NCBI GenBank assembly: GCA_965202585.1
Contig: OZ241828.1
Location: 31,248,001-31,312,000 of the forward strand
Source: Thalia democratica
Lineage: Eukaryota
Direction of reading: 5' to 3'
DNA length: 64,000 nucleotides
In this document: one piece after another, positions 62,109-64,000 of the stretch
How positions within the stretch are numbered: position 1 is the first letter of the stretch
Layout of the letters: every line of letters begins with the position of its first letter
Made by a program: the position numbers and the translations under genes
The notes under the pieces: model-generated
The model's database searches: none
Seen by the model: the letters and a program-made list of their open reading frames with translations, nothing else
What the model was told of the DNA's origin: nothing

Positions 62109-64000
62109 AAATCAAGCTTTGAATACAAAGTTATTTGGTAAATAAGATCAAGTTTTTAAAATATAGTTAGAAATGATAACCATTTTTTTTAAACTGTCAT
62201 GTTTTGATCAGTATACATGCTTATAAAACTTTAGATTGATACTTTAACTTTTTTACATTGGAGTTTTAGACTTATTTTATTCAATTTTACTGCTTAATCG
62301 GTAACTATAGTTTCATTCGACTGTTGTTGTGTGAGTAGTTATGCATTACATTTAATTCAAGTTTATGATGATAATAATATAAGTTATTAAAACTGCAAGC
62401 TTTACTTTTTTTATTTTCTGTTTTATACTACAGTAATTTTTACAACTGACGTTTAATCTAAACGTTACTATAAAGTGTTATAAAGTTTCAACAGACTTGT
62501 CATAAACGCTTAAGTGTAAATTTTAGTTTTTTGTTGGTTTTATAATAAAAAGTTGAAGGAAAAATATATATATTCTTTATCTTTGTAAACAAAGTTTAAT
62601 ACTTTGAACAAACGTATTTCATTCGACAATTATAATAGAGTTGAAAAAAGTTTAGTGTACTACAGCTTTTTTTACTTTAATGTTTTTGTAATTTTTAACC
62701 TAGTTAAAAATAGCACTACTATTTACTATAGTTTATATTTAGTTTTAATCTTACATTTAATTTATGATTTTTTGTTTTCTACTTAGTTATTAGCAAATAC
62801 AGACAGCTAAACAAAGAACAAATGTTTTCTTTGAAAGCTGAAGTGCTAATTACGAGAGTTTTAGATAAGTTGTAGGAAGAAAAAAAAATCATACAGAGAA
62901 GTGATAAAAAAAAGTAAAATAAAATAAACAATTTCATGCAAACAATCTATCAACAACATTTGAAAAGTTTAAATATTTCTCAAATTTTCGCTTTCACTTT
63001 TTAAAAAAAATAATTAAAAAAAAAACTACTCTTAAGACTGTTTAATTACAGTTATAACTTATTTAATGTTATATAGATAAACAACAAATGCAAAACTTAA
63101 AATTCATCAGCTAATGAAAACAAGCTAACAAAAAAGCTTAATTTGTAGTTAAATGATATCTTTAAAATTATTTTGGACATTTAGTTTAAAAGTATTAAAT
63201 TTACAAGTTTACTAAAGCTAAAAAATATAAACTATAACTACTTAAATGATATTTAATAAGCAGTAACGCTTTGAAAACTAAAACTTAATTTAAACGTTTA
63301 ACAATAAATAAAATCAAAAACTTGAAATATTTACTGTATGAACACGAGCAAATACAGCGTAATAAATAATTAAATTTGTTTAAATTTAAAATTAAGTGGT
63401 TTTTCTAGAATTTTAAAAACTACAAACTAAAAAGTTACGTATTAGAAAATAAAAACTGTCATTGTAAATATAATCAAGATTTATGGTTTTATTACAATAA
63501 ATATATATTATAAAGACAACTCTAAAATGAAAAGTTGCAATCTTTTAAATGCTAATTATACCTATACGTCTATGTTTTATATATATGTGAATTTTAACTT
63601 ATATAGTAAATGTTTAAAATTAAAAAAAAAACCTAAGGAAAAACTAAAAATAAATTAAAATAACAAAAAGATTAAACAAACTAAAGCTATTAATACATCT
63701 AGAAAATAATCTCTCATAAACTTGGTTTCTTACAATCATTCTTTTGTTTTTAAAATTAAATAAAATCATAAAAATAAACTCTATTTACAACTCTAAAACT
63801 ATATAAAAATTTATCGTAATTAATGTTATACTTAGCTTTTCGAACTATATTTGTTAAACGATTATACTAATTAAAAATATGTATATATACTCACTAATAA
63901 TTTGAATTAGTTATGTAAGCAGCTTAACCGTTGTTTTATTAAAGATATAATATTATAACAAACTTTTTCAAACATAATCCACATGACTTTACAAAAGTTT

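Overview
Very AT-rich animal genomic DNA, probably invertebrate (species not determinable), with spliceosomal introns and two N-gaps. From 3 to 51 kb there is a head-to-tail tandem array, all on the minus strand, of a divergent homeobox gene family: eight recognisable units, which I label A-H. Five carry a homeobox; three are fragments. The shared plan has four coding exons: (1) an N-terminal C-x2-C-x4-C-x-C motif, (2) a QQQGFPSN low-complexity exon, (3) homeodomain residues up to 46, and (4) helix-3 WF plus a Gln-rich tail ending in a P-x-P-I-x-T-L-x-x-x-D-F-L motif. The phase-0 intron between homeodomain codons 46 and 47 is the PRD-class position. DNA-contacting residues 47/50/51/54 differ between copies, and copies A, B and G each expanded a different coding minisatellite. 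Unit B gives an uninterrupted 491-aa model; most others are damaged. The array contains three hAT-type non-autonomous elements with 8-bp TSDs (two are near-identical 3657-bp copies in opposite orientation), two older MITE-like remnants, and an intronless UBE2E-like gene whose catalytic Cys is Ser; a Penelope-like remnant lies just beyond unit A. At 58-62 kb a C-type-lectin-like membrane protein gene lies head-to-head with a multi-exon gene (not shown whole in the ORF track) for a single-pass receptor with a degenerate kinase C-lobe. All splice models were derived by eye, and several frameshifts sit in homopolymers, so they could be assembly errors.
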